Positions 28,999-40,851 of a stretch of DNA of 64,000 nt are shown here, piece after piece. The DNA lies in the NCBI RefSeq assembly GCF_009914755.1, contig NC_060944.1; one strand, written 5' to 3'. Every line of letters begins with the position of its first letter. Within the stretch, counting starts at the first letter, position 1. The translations under genes were made by a program, and so were the position numbers. Origin of the DNA: the human T2T-CHM13v2.0 reference genome, Homo sapiens. The notes below the pieces were generated by a model. It was given only the letters and a program-made list of their open reading frames with translations, was not told where the DNA came from and searched no databases.

Positions 28999-31900
28999 CA
29001 TTCTCAGAAACTTCTTTGTGATGTTTGCATTCAAGTCACAGAGTTGAACATTCCCTTTCATAGAGCAGGTTTGAAACACTCTTTTTGTAGTATCTGGATG
29101 TGGACATTTGGATCGCTTTCAGGCCTATGGTGTGAAAACTAGACAGAAGCATTCTCAGAAACTTATTTGTGATGTGTGCCCTCAACTGACAGTGTTGAAC
29201 CTTTGTTTTGATAGAGCAGCTCTGAAACACACTTTTTGTAATATCTGCAAGAGGATATTTGGATAGCTTTGAGGATTTCGTTGGAAACGGGAATGTCTTC
29301 CTGTAAACTCTAGACAGAAGCATTCTCAGAAACTGCTTTGGGATGTTTCAATTGAAGTCCCAGTGTTGAACATTCCCTTTCATAGAGCAGGTTTGAAACA
29401 CTCTTTTTGTACTATCTGGAAGTGGACATTTGGAGCGCTTTCAGGTCTACGGTGAAAAAGGAGATATCTTCCAATAAAAACTAGATAGAAGCAATGTCAG
29501 AACTTTTTTCATGATGTATCTACTCAGCAAACAGAGTTGAACCTTTCTTTTGAGAGAGCAGTTTTGAAACACTCTTTTTGTGGAATATGCAAGTGGGTAT
29601 TAGGCCGGCTTGGAGGATTTCGTTGGAAACGGGAATACGTATAAAAAGCAGACAGCAGCATTGTCAGAAACTACTTTGTGATGTTTGCATTCAAGTCACA
29701 GAATTGAACACCCCCTTTCACAGAGCAGGTTTGAAACACTCTTTTTGTAGTGTCTGTAAGTGAACATTTGGATTGCTTTCAGGCCTAAGGTGAAAAAGGA
29801 AATATCTTCCCATAAAAACTAGACAGAAGCATTCTCAGAAACTTGTTTGTGATGTGTGCCCTCTACTGACAGAGTTGAACCTTTCTTTGCAAAGAGCAGT
29901 TTTGAAACACTCTTTTTGTAGAATCTGCAAGAGGATATTTGGATAGCTTTGAGGATTTCTTGGGAAACGGGAATGTCTTCAGATAAACTCTAGACAGAAG
30001 CATTCTCAGAAACTTCTTTGGGATGTTGCATTCAAGTCACAGAGTAGAACATTCCCATTCATAGAGCAGATTTGAAACACTCTTTTTGTAGTATCTGGAA
30101 GTGGACATTTGGAGCGCTTTCAGGCCTATGTTGAAAAAGGAAATATCTTCCCATAAAAACTAGACGGAAGCATTCTCAGAAACTTACTTGTGATGTGTTT
30201 GCTCAACTAACAGAATTGAACCATCGTTTTGAAGGAGCAGTTTTGAAACACTGTTTTCGTGGAATCTGCAAGTGGATATTTGGCTAGCTTTGAGGATTTC
30301 GTTGGAAACGGGATTACATATAAAAAGGAGACAGCAGCATTCTCAGAAACTTCTTTGTGATGTCTGCATTCAATTCACAGAGTTGAGCATTCCCTTTCAT
30401 AGAGCAGGTTGGAAACACTCTTTTTGTAGTATCTGGATGAGGACATTTGGAGCGCTTTCAGGCCTATGGTGAAAAAGGAAATATCTTCCCGTAAAAACTA
30501 GACAGAAGCATTCTCAGAAGTTTATTTGTGATGTGTGCCCTCAACTAACAGAGTTGAACCTTTCTTTTGATAGAGCAGTTTTGAAACACTCTTTTTGTAA
30601 AATCTGCAAGAGGATATTTGGATAGCTTTGAGGATTTCGTTGCAAACGGGAATGGCTTCATATAAACTCTAGACAGAAGCATTCTCAGAAACTTCGTTGG
30701 GATGTTTCGATTGAAGTCCCAGTGTTGAACATTCCCTTTTATAGAGCAGGTTGGAAACACTCTTTCTGCATTCCCTGGAAGTGGACATTTGGAGCGCTTT
30801 CAGGACGACGGTGAAAATGGAAATATCTTCCAATAAAATCTAGATAGAAGCAACGTCAGAAACTTTTATGTGATGGATCTACTCAGCTAACAGAGTTGAA
30901 CCTTTCTTTTGAGAGAGCAGTTTTGCAACACTCTTTTTGTGGAATATGCAAGTGGATATTAGGGCAGCTTTGAGGATTTCGTTGGAAACGGGAATACATG
31001 TAAAAAGCAGACAGCAGCATTCTCAGAAACTTCTTTGTGATGTTTGCATTGAAGTCACAGAGTTGAACATTCCCTTTGAGAGAGCAGGTTTGAAACACGC
31101 CTTTTGTCATATCTGGAAGTGTCCATTCGGAGCGCATTCAGGCTTGTGTTGAAAAAGGAAATATCCTCCCATAAAAACTAGACAGAAGCATTCTCAGAAA
31201 CTTATCTGTGATGTATGTACTCAACTAACAGAACTAAACCATCGTTTTGAAGGAGCAGTTTTGAAACACTCTTTTTGCGGAATCTGCAAGTGGATATTTG
31301 GCTAGCTGGGAGGATTTCGTTGGAAACGGGATTACATACAAAAAGCAGACAGCAGCATTCTCAGAAACTTCTTTGTGATGTTTGCATTCAAGTCACAGAG
31401 TTGAACATTCCCTTTCATAGAGCAGGTTTGAAACACTCTTTTTGTAGTATCTGGATGTGGACATTTGGATCGCTTTCAGGCCTATGGTGTGAAAACTAGA
31501 CAGAAGCATTCTCAGAAACTTATTTGTGATGTGTGCCCTCAACTGACAGTGTTGAACCTTTGTTTTGATAGAGCAGCTCTGAAACACACTTTTTGTAATA
31601 TCTGCAAGAGGATATTTGGATAGCTTTGAGGATTTCGTTGGAAACGGGAATGTCTTCATGTAAACTCTAGACAGAAGCATTCTCAGAAACTGCTTTGGGA
31701 TGTTTCAATTGAAGTCCCAGTGTTGAACATTCCCTTTCATAGAGCAGGTTTGAAACACTCTTTTTGTACTATCTGGAAGTGGACATTTGGAGCGCTTTCA
31801 GGTCTACGGTGAAAAAGGAGATATCTTCCAATAAAAACTAGATAGAAGCAATGTCAGAACTTTTTTCATGATGTATCTACTCAGCAAACAGAGTTGAACC

Positions 31901-33712
31901 TTTCTTTTGAGAGAGCAGTTTTGAAACACTCTTTTTGTGGAATATGCAAGTGGGTATTAGGCCGGCTTGGAGGATTTCGTTGGAAACGGGAATACGTATA
32001 AAAAGCAGACAGCAGCATTGTCAGAAACTACTTTGTGATGTTTGCATTCAAGTCACAGAATTGAACACCCCCTTTCACAGAGCAGGTTTGAAACACTCTT
32101 TTTGTAGTGTCTGTAAGTGAACATTTGGATTGCTTTCAGGCCTAAGGTGAAAAAGGAAATATCTTCCCATAAAAACTAGACAGAAGCATTCTCAGAAACT
32201 TGTTTGTGATGTGTGCCCTCTACTGACAGAGTTGAACCTTTCTTTGCAAAGAGCAGTTTTGAAACACTCTTTTTGTAGAATCTGCAAGAGGATATTTGGA
32301 TAGCTTTGAGGATTTCTTGGGAAACGGGAATGTCTTCAGATAAACTCTAGACAGAAGCATTCTCAGAAACTTCTTTGGGATGTTGCATTCAAGTCACAGA
32401 GTAGAACATTCCCATTCATAGAGCAGATTTGAAACACTCTTTTTGTAGTATCTGGAAGTGGACATTTGGAGCGCTTTCAGGCCTATGTTGAAAAAGGAAA
32501 TATCTTCCCATAAAAACTAGACGGAAGCATTCTCAGAAACTTACTTGTGATGTGTTTGCTCAACTAACAGAATTGAACCATCGTTTTGAAGGAGCAGTTT
32601 TGAAACACTGTTTTCGTGGAATCTGCAAGTGGATATTTGGCTAGCTTTGAGGATTTCGTTGGAAACGGGATTACATATAAAAAGGAGACAGCAGCATTCT
32701 CAGAAACTTCTTTGTGATGTCTGCATTCAATTCACAGAGTTGAGCATTCCCTTTCATAGAGCAGGTTGGAAACACTCTTTTTGTAGTATCTGGATGAGGA
32801 CATTTGGAGCGCTTTCAGGCCTATGGTGAAAAAGGAAATATCTTCCCGTAAAAACTAGACAGAAGCATTCTCAGAAGTTTATTTGTGATGTGTGCCCTCA
32901 ACTAACAGAGTTGAACCTTTCTTTTGATAGAGCAGTTTTGAAACACTCTTTTTGTAAAATCTGCAAGAGGATATTTGGATAGCTTTGAGGATTTCGTTGC
33001 AAACGGGAATGGCTTCATATAAACTCTAGACAGAAGCATTCTCAGAAACTTCGTTGGGATGTTTCGATTGAAGTCCCAGTGTTGAACATTCCCTTTTATA
33101 GAGCAGGTTGGAAACACTCTTTCTGCATTCCCTGGAAGTGGACATTTGGAGCGCTTTCAGGACGACGGTGAAAATGGAAATATCTTCCAATAAAATCTAG
33201 ATAGAAGCAACGTCAGAAACTTTTATGTGATGGATCTACTCAGCTAACAGAGTTGAACCTTTCTTTTGAGAGAGCAGTTTTGCAACACTCTTTTTGTGGA
33301 ATATGCAAGTGGATATTAGGGCAGCTTTGAGGATTTCGTTGGAAACGGGAATACATGTAAAAAGCAGACAGCAGCATTCTCAGAAACTTCTTTGTGATGT
33401 TTGCATTGAAGTCACAGAGTTGAACATTCCCTTTGAGAGAGCAGGTTTGAAACACGCCTTTTGTCATATCTGGAAGTGTCCATTCGGAGCGCATTCAGGC
33501 TTGTGTTGAAAAAGGAAATATCCTCCCATAAAAACTATACAGAAGCATTCTCAGAAACTTATTTGTGATGTATGTACTCAACTAACGGAACTAAACCATC
33601 GTTTTGAAGGAGCAGTTTTGAAACACTGTTTTTGCGGAATCTGCAAGTGGATATTTGGCTAGCTGGGAGGATTTCGTTGGAAACCGGATTACATACAAAA
33701 AGCAGAGAGCAG
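28999..33712 (+). repeat. Two tandem 14-mer HOR variants (g,h deleted, plus 20-bp deletion in monomer a), 2,357 bp each
   Basis: Marker spacing 28918->31275->33632 = 2,357 = 2,719-342-20. Monomer f joins monomer i; CTATGGTG|TGAAAACTAG junctions at 29132/3 and 31489/90. Confidence 0.96.
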
Positions 33713-36700
33713 CATTCTCAGAAACTTCTTTGTGATGTTTGCATTCAAGTCACAGAGTTGAACATTCCCTTTCATAGAGCAGGTTTGAAACACTCTTTTT
33801 GTAGTATCTGGATGTGGACATTTGGATCGCTTTCAGGCCTATGGTGAAAAAGGAAATATCTTCCCATGAAAACTAGACAGAAGCATTCTCAGAAACTTAT
33901 TTGTGATGTGTGCCCTCAACTGACAGTGTTGAACCTTTGTTTTGATAGAGCAGTTCTGAAACACACTTTTTGTAAAATCTGCAAGAGGATATTTGGATAG
34001 CTTTGAGGATTTCGTTGGAAACGGGAATGTCTTCATGTAAACTCTAGACAGAAGCATTCTCAGAAACTGCTTTGGGATGTTTCAATTGAAGTCCCAGTGT
34101 TGAACATTCCCTTTCATAGAGCAGGTTTGAAACACTCTTTTTGTACTATCTGGAAGTGGACATTTGGAGCGCTTTCAGGTCTACGGTGAAAAAGGAGATA
34201 TCTTCCAATAAAAACTAGATAGAAGCAATGTCAGAACTTTTTTCATGATGTATCTCCTCAGCAAACAGAGTTGAACCTTTCTTTTGAGAGAGCAGTTTTG
34301 AAACACTCTTTTTGTGGAATATGCAAGTGGGTATTAGGCCAGCTTGGAGGATTTCGTTGGAAACGGGAATACGTATAAAAAGCAGACAGCAGCATTGTCA
34401 GAAACTACTTTGTGATGTTTGCATTCAAGTCACAGAATTGAACACTCCCTTTCACAGAGCAGGTTTGAAACACTCTTTTTGTAGTGTCTGTAAGTGAACA
34501 TTTGGATTGCTTTCAGGCCTAAGGTGAAAAAGGAAATATCTTCCCATAAAAACTAGACAGAAGCATTCTCAGAAACTTGTTTGTGATGTGTGCCCTCTAC
34601 TGACAGAGTTGAACCTTTCTTTGCAAAGAGCAGTTTTGAAACACTCTTTTTGTAGAATCTGCAAGAGGATATTTGGATAGCTTTGAGGATTTCTTGGGAA
34701 ACGGGAATGTCTTCAGATAAACTCTAGACAGAAGCATTCTCAGAAACTTCTTTGGGATGTTTCAATTGAAGTCACAGTGTTGAACATTCCCTTTCACAGA
34801 GCAGGTTTGAAACACTCTTTTTGTAGTGACTATAAGTGAACATTTGGCGTGCTTTCAGGCCTAACGTGAAAAAGGAAATATCTTCCCATAAAAACTAGAC
34901 AGAAGCATTCTCAGAAACTTGTTCGTGATGTGTGCCCTCTACTGACAGAGTTGAACCTTTCTTTGCAAAGAGCAGCTTTGAAACACTCTTTTTGTAGAAT
35001 CTGCAAGAGGATATTTGGATAGCTTGGAGGATTTCGTTGGAAACGGGTATGTCTTCAGATAAACTCTAGACAGAAGCGTTCTCAGAAACTTCTTTGGGAT
35101 GTTGCATACAAGTCACAGAGTAGAACATTCCCATTCATAGAGCAGATTTGAAACACTCTTTTTGTAGTATCTGGAAGTGGACATTTGGAGCGCTTTCAGG
35201 CCTATGATGAAAAAGGAAATATCTTCCCATAAAAACTAGACCGAAGCATTCTCAGAAACTTACTTGTGATGTGTTTGCTCAACTAACAGAATTGAACCAT
35301 CGTTTTGAAGGAGCAGTTTTGAAACACTGTTTTCGTGGAATCTGCAAGTGGATATTTGGCTAGCTTTGAGGATTTCGTTGGAAACGGGATTACATATAAA
35401 AAGGAGACAGCAGCATTCTCAGAAACTTCTTTGTGATGTCTGCATTCAAGTCACAGGGTTGAGCATTCCCTTTCATAGAGCAGGTTGGAAACACTCTTTT
35501 TGTAGTATCTGGATGAGGACATTTGGAGCGCTTTCAGGCGTATGGTGAAAAAGGAAATATCTTCCCGTAAAAACTAGACAGAAGCATTCTCAGAAATTTA
35601 TTTGTGATGTGTGCCCTCAACTAACAGAGTTGAACCTTTCTTTTGATAGAGCAGTTTTGAAACACTCTTTTTGTAAAATCTGCAAGAGGATATTTGGATA
35701 GCTTTGAGGATTTCGTTGCAAACGGGAATCGCTTCATATAAACTCTAGACAGAAGCATTCTCAGAAACTTCTTTGGGATGTTTCGATTGAAGTCCCAGTG
35801 TTGAACATTCCCTTTTATAGAGCAGGTTGGAAACACTCTTTCTGCATTCCCTGGAAGTGGACATTTGGAGCGCTTTCAGGACGACGGTGAAAATGGAAAT
35901 ATCTTCCAATAAAATCTAGATAGAAGCAACGTCAGAAACTTTTATGTGATGGATCTACTCAGCTAACAGAGTTGAACCTTTCTTTTGAGAGAGCAGTTTT
36001 GCAACACTCTTTTTGTGGAATATGCAAGTGGATATTAGGGCAGCTTTGAGGATTTCGTTGGAAACGGGAATACATGTAAAAAGCAGACAGCAGCATTCTC
36101 AGAAACTTCTTTGTGATGTTTGCATTGAAGTCACAGAGTTGAACATTCCATTTGAGAGAGCAGGATTGAAACACGCCTTTTGTCATATCTGGAAGTGTCC
36201 ATTCGGAGCGCATTCAGGCTTGTGTTGAAAAAGGAAATATCCTCCCATAAAAACTATACAGAAGCATTCTCAGAAACTTATTTGTGATGTATGTACTCAA
36301 CTAACAGAACTAAACCATCGTTTTGAAGGAGCAGTTTTGAAACACTGTTTTTGCGGAATCTGCAAGTGGATATTTGGCTAGCTGGGAGGATTTCGTTGGA
36401 AACGGGATTACATACAAAAAGCAGAGAGCAGCATTCTCAGAAACTTCTTTGTGATGTTTGCATTCAAGTCACAGAGTTGAACATTCCCTTTCATAGAGCA
36501 GGTTTGAAACACTCTTTTTGTAATATCTGGATGTGGACATTTGGATCGATTTCAGGCCTATGGTGAAAAAGGAAATATCTTCCAATGAAAACTAGACAGA
36601 AGCATTCTCAGAAACTTATTTGTGATGTGTGCCCTCAACTGACAGTGTTGAACCTTTGTTTTGATAGAGCAGTTCTGAAACACACTTTTTGTAAAATCTG

Positions 36701-39150
36701 CAAGAGGATATTTGGATAGCTTTGAGGATTTCGTTGGAAACGGGAATGTCTTCATGTAAACTCTAGACAGAAGCATTCTCAGAAACTCCTTTGGGATGTT
36801 TCAATTGAAGTCCCAGTGTTGAACATTCCCTTTCATAGAGCAGGTTTGAAACACTCTTTTTGTACTATCTGGAAGTGGACATTTGTAGCGCTTTCAGGTC
36901 TACGGTGAAAAAGGAGATATCTTCCAATAAAAACTACATAGAAGCAATGTCAGAACTTTTTTCATGATGTATCTACTCAGCAAACAGAGTTGAACCTTTC
37001 TTTTGAGAGAGCAGTTTTGAAACACTCTTTTTGTGGAATATGCAAGTGGGTATTAGGCCGGCTTGGAGGATTTCGTTGGAAACGGGAATACGTATAAAAA
37101 GCAGACAGCAGCATTGTCAGAAACTACTTTGTGATGTTTGCATTCAAGTCACAGAATGGAACACTCCCTTTCACAGAGCAGGTTTGAAACACTCTTTTTG
37201 TAGTGTCTGTAAGTGAACATTTGGATTGCTTTCAGGCCTAAGGTGAAAAAGGAAATATCTTCCCATAAAAACTAGACAGAAGCATTCTCAGAAACTTGTT
37301 TGTGATGTGTGCCCTCTACTGACAGAGTTGAACCTTTCTTTGCAAAGAGCAGTTTTGAAACACTCTTTTTGTAGAATCTGCAAAAGGATATTTGGATATC
37401 TTTGAGGATTTCTTGGGAAACGGGAATGTCTTCAGATAAACTCTAGACAGAAGCATTCTCAGAAACTTCTTTGGGATGTTTCAATTGAAGTCACAGTGTT
37501 GAACATTCCCTTTCACAGAGCAGGTTTGAAACACTCTTTTTGTAGTGTCTATAAGTGAACATTTGGCGTGCTTTCAGGCGTAACGTGAAAAAGGAAATAT
37601 CTTCCCATAAAAGCTAGACAGAAGCATTCTCAGAAACTTGTTTGTGATGTGTGCCCTCTACTGACAGAGTTGAACCTTTCTTTGCAAAGAGCAGCTTTGA
37701 AACACTCTTTTTGTAGAATCTGCAAGAGGATATTTGGATAGCTTTGAGGATTTTGTTGGAAACGGGTATGTCTTCAGATAAACTCTAGACAGAAGCATTC
37801 TCAGAAACTTCTTTGAGATGTTGCATTCAAGTCACAGAGTAGAACATTCCCATTCATAGAGCAGATTTGAAACACTCTTTTTGTAGTATCTGGAAGTGGA
37901 CATTTGGAGCGCTTTCAGGCCTATGTTGAAAAAGGAAATATCTTCCCATAAAAACTAGACGGAAGCATTCTCAGAAACTTACTTGTGATGTGTTTGCTCA
38001 ACTAACAGAATTGAACCATCGTTTTGAAGGAGCAGTTTTGAAACACTGTTTTCGTGGAATCTGCAAGTGGATATTTGGCTAGCTTTGAGGATTTCGTTGG
38101 AAACGGGATTACATATAAAAAGGAGACAGCAGCATTCTCAGAAACTTCTTTGTGATGTCTGCATTCAAGTCACAGGGTTGAGCATTCCCTTTCATAGAGC
38201 AGGTTGGAAACACTCTTTTTGTAGTATCTGGATGAGGACATTTGGAGCGCTTTCAGGCGTATGGTGAAAAAGGAAATATCTTCCCGTAAAAACTAGACAG
38301 AAGCATTCTCAGAAATTTATTTGTGATGTGTGCCCTCAACTAACAGAGTTGAACCTTTCTTTTGATAGAGCAGTTTTGAAACACTCTTTTTGTAAAATCT
38401 GCAAGAGGATATTTGGATAGCTTTGAGGATTTCGTTGCAAACGGGAATGGCTTCATATAAACTCTAGACAGAAGCATTCTCAGAAACTTCTTTGGGATGT
38501 TTCGATTGAAGTCCCAGTGTTGAACATTCCCTTTTATAGAGCAGGTTGGAAACACTCTTTCTGCATTCCCTGGAAGTGGACATTTGGAGCGCTTTCAGGA
38601 CGACGGTGAAAATGGAAATATCTTCCAATAAAATCTAGATAGAAGCAACGTCAGAAACTTTTATGTGATGGATCTACTCAGCTAACAGAGTTGAACCTTT
38701 CTTTTGAGAGAGCAGTTTTGCAACACTCTTTTTGTGGAATATGCAAGTGGATATTAGGGCAGCTTTGAGGATTTCGTTGGAAACGGGAATACATGTAAAA
38801 AGCAGACAGCAGCATTCTCAGAAACTTCTTTGTGATGTTTGCATTGAAGTCACAGAGTTGAACATTCCATTTGAGAGAGCAGGATTGAAACACGCCTTTT
38901 GTCATATCTGGAAGTGTCCATTCGGAGCGCATTCAGGCTTGTGTTGAAAAAGGAAATATCCTCCCATAAAAACTATACAGAAGCATTCTCAGAAACTTAT
39001 TTGTGATGTATGTACTCAACTAACAGAACTAAACCATCGTTTTGAAGGAGCAGTTTTGAAACACTGTTTTTGCGGAATCTGCAAGTGGATATTTGGCTAG
39101 CTGGGAGGATTTCGTTGGAAACGGGATTACATACAAAAAGCAGACAGCAG
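33713..39150 (+). repeat. Two canonical 16-mer HOR copies
   Basis: Marker spacing 33632->36351->39070 = 2,719 each. Confidence 0.96.
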
Positions 39151-40851
39151 CATTCTCAGAAACTTCTTTGTGATGTTTGCATTCAAGTCACAGAGTTGAA
39201 CATTCCCTTTCATAGAGCAGGTTTGAAACACTCTTTTTGTAATATCTGGATGTGGACATTTGGATCGATTTCAGGCCTATGGTGAAAAAGGAAATATCTT
39301 CCCATGAAAACTAGACAGAAGCATTCTCAGAAACTTATTTGTGATGTGTGCCCTCAACTGACAGTGTTGAACCTTTGTTTTGATAGAGCAGTTCTGAAAC
39401 ACACTTTTTGTAAAATCTGCAAGAGGATATTTGGATAGCTTTGAGGATTTCGTTGGAAACGGGAATGTCTTCATGTAAACTCTAGACAGAAGCATTCTCA
39501 GAAACTGCTTTGGGATGTTTCAATTGAAGTCCCAGTGTTGAACATTCCCTTTCATAGAGCAGGTTTGAAACACTCTTTTTGTACTATCTGGAAGTGGACA
39601 TTTGGAGCGCTTTCAGGTCTACGGTGAAAAAGGAGATATCTTCCAATAAAAACTACATAGAAGCAATGTCAGAACTTTTTTCATGATGTATCTACTCAGC
39701 AAACAGAGTTGAACCTTTCTTTTGAGAGAGCAGTTTTGAAACACTCTTTTTGTGGAATATGCAAGTGGGTATTAGGCCGGCTTGGAGGATTTCGTTGGAA
39801 ACGGGAATACGTATAAAAAGCAGACAGCAGCATTGTCAGAAAGTACTTTGTGATGTTTGCATTCAAGTCACAGAATGGAACACTCCCTTTCACAGAGCAG
39901 GTTTGAAACACTCTTTTTGTAGTGTCTGTAAGTGAACATTTGGATTGCTTTCAGGCCTAAGGTGAAAAAGGAAATATCTTCCCATAAAAACTAGACAGAA
40001 GCATTCTCAGAAACTTGTTTGTGATGTGTGCCCTCTACTGACAGAGTTGAACCTTTCTTTGCAAAGAGCAGTTTTGAAACACTCTTTTTGTAGAATCTGC
40101 AAAAGGATATTTGGATAGCTTTGAGGATTTCTTGGGAAACGGGAATGTCTTCAGATAAACTCTAGACAGAAGCATTCTCAGAAACTTCTTTGGGATGTTT
40201 CAATTGAAGTCACAGTGTTGAACATTCCCTTTCACAGAGCAGGTTTGAAACACTCTTTTTGTAGTGTCTATAAGTGAACATTTGGCGTGCTTTCAGGCGT
40301 AACGTGAAAAAGGAAATATCTTCCCATAAAAGCTAGACAGAAGCATTCTCAGAAACTTGTTTGTGATGTGTGCCCTCTACTGACAGAGTTGAACCTTTCT
40401 TTGCAAAGAGCAGCTTTGAAACACTCTTTTTGTAGAATCTGCAAGAGGATATTTGGATAGCTTTGAGGATTTTGTTGGAAACGGGTATGTCTTCAGATAA
40501 ACTCTAGACAGAAGCATTCTCAGAAACTTCTTTGAGATGTTGCATTCAAGTCACAGAGTAGAACATTCCCATTCATAGAGCAGATTTGAAACACTCTTTT
40601 TGTAGTATCTGGAAGTGGACATTTGGAGCGCTTTCAGGCCTATGTTGAAAAAGGAAATATCTTCCCATAAAAACTAGACGGAAGCATTCTCAGAAACTTA
40701 CTTGTGATGTGTTTGCTCAACTAACAGAATTGAACCATCGTTTTGAAGGAGCAGTTTTGAAACACTGTTTTCGTGGAATCTGCAAGTGGATATTTGGCTA
40801 GCTTTGAGGATTTCGTTGGAAACGGGATTACATATAAAAAGGAGACAGCAG
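39151..40851 (+). repeat. 10-mer HOR structural variant (monomers a-j; k-p missing), 1,701 bp
   Basis: The monomer j end (CATATAAAAAGGAGACAGCAG) runs into monomer a (GATGTTTGC...GAACATTCC...GGATCGC) instead of k. The hybrid ORF 40786..40995 marks the fusion; 2,719-1,018 = 1,701. Confidence 0.95.
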
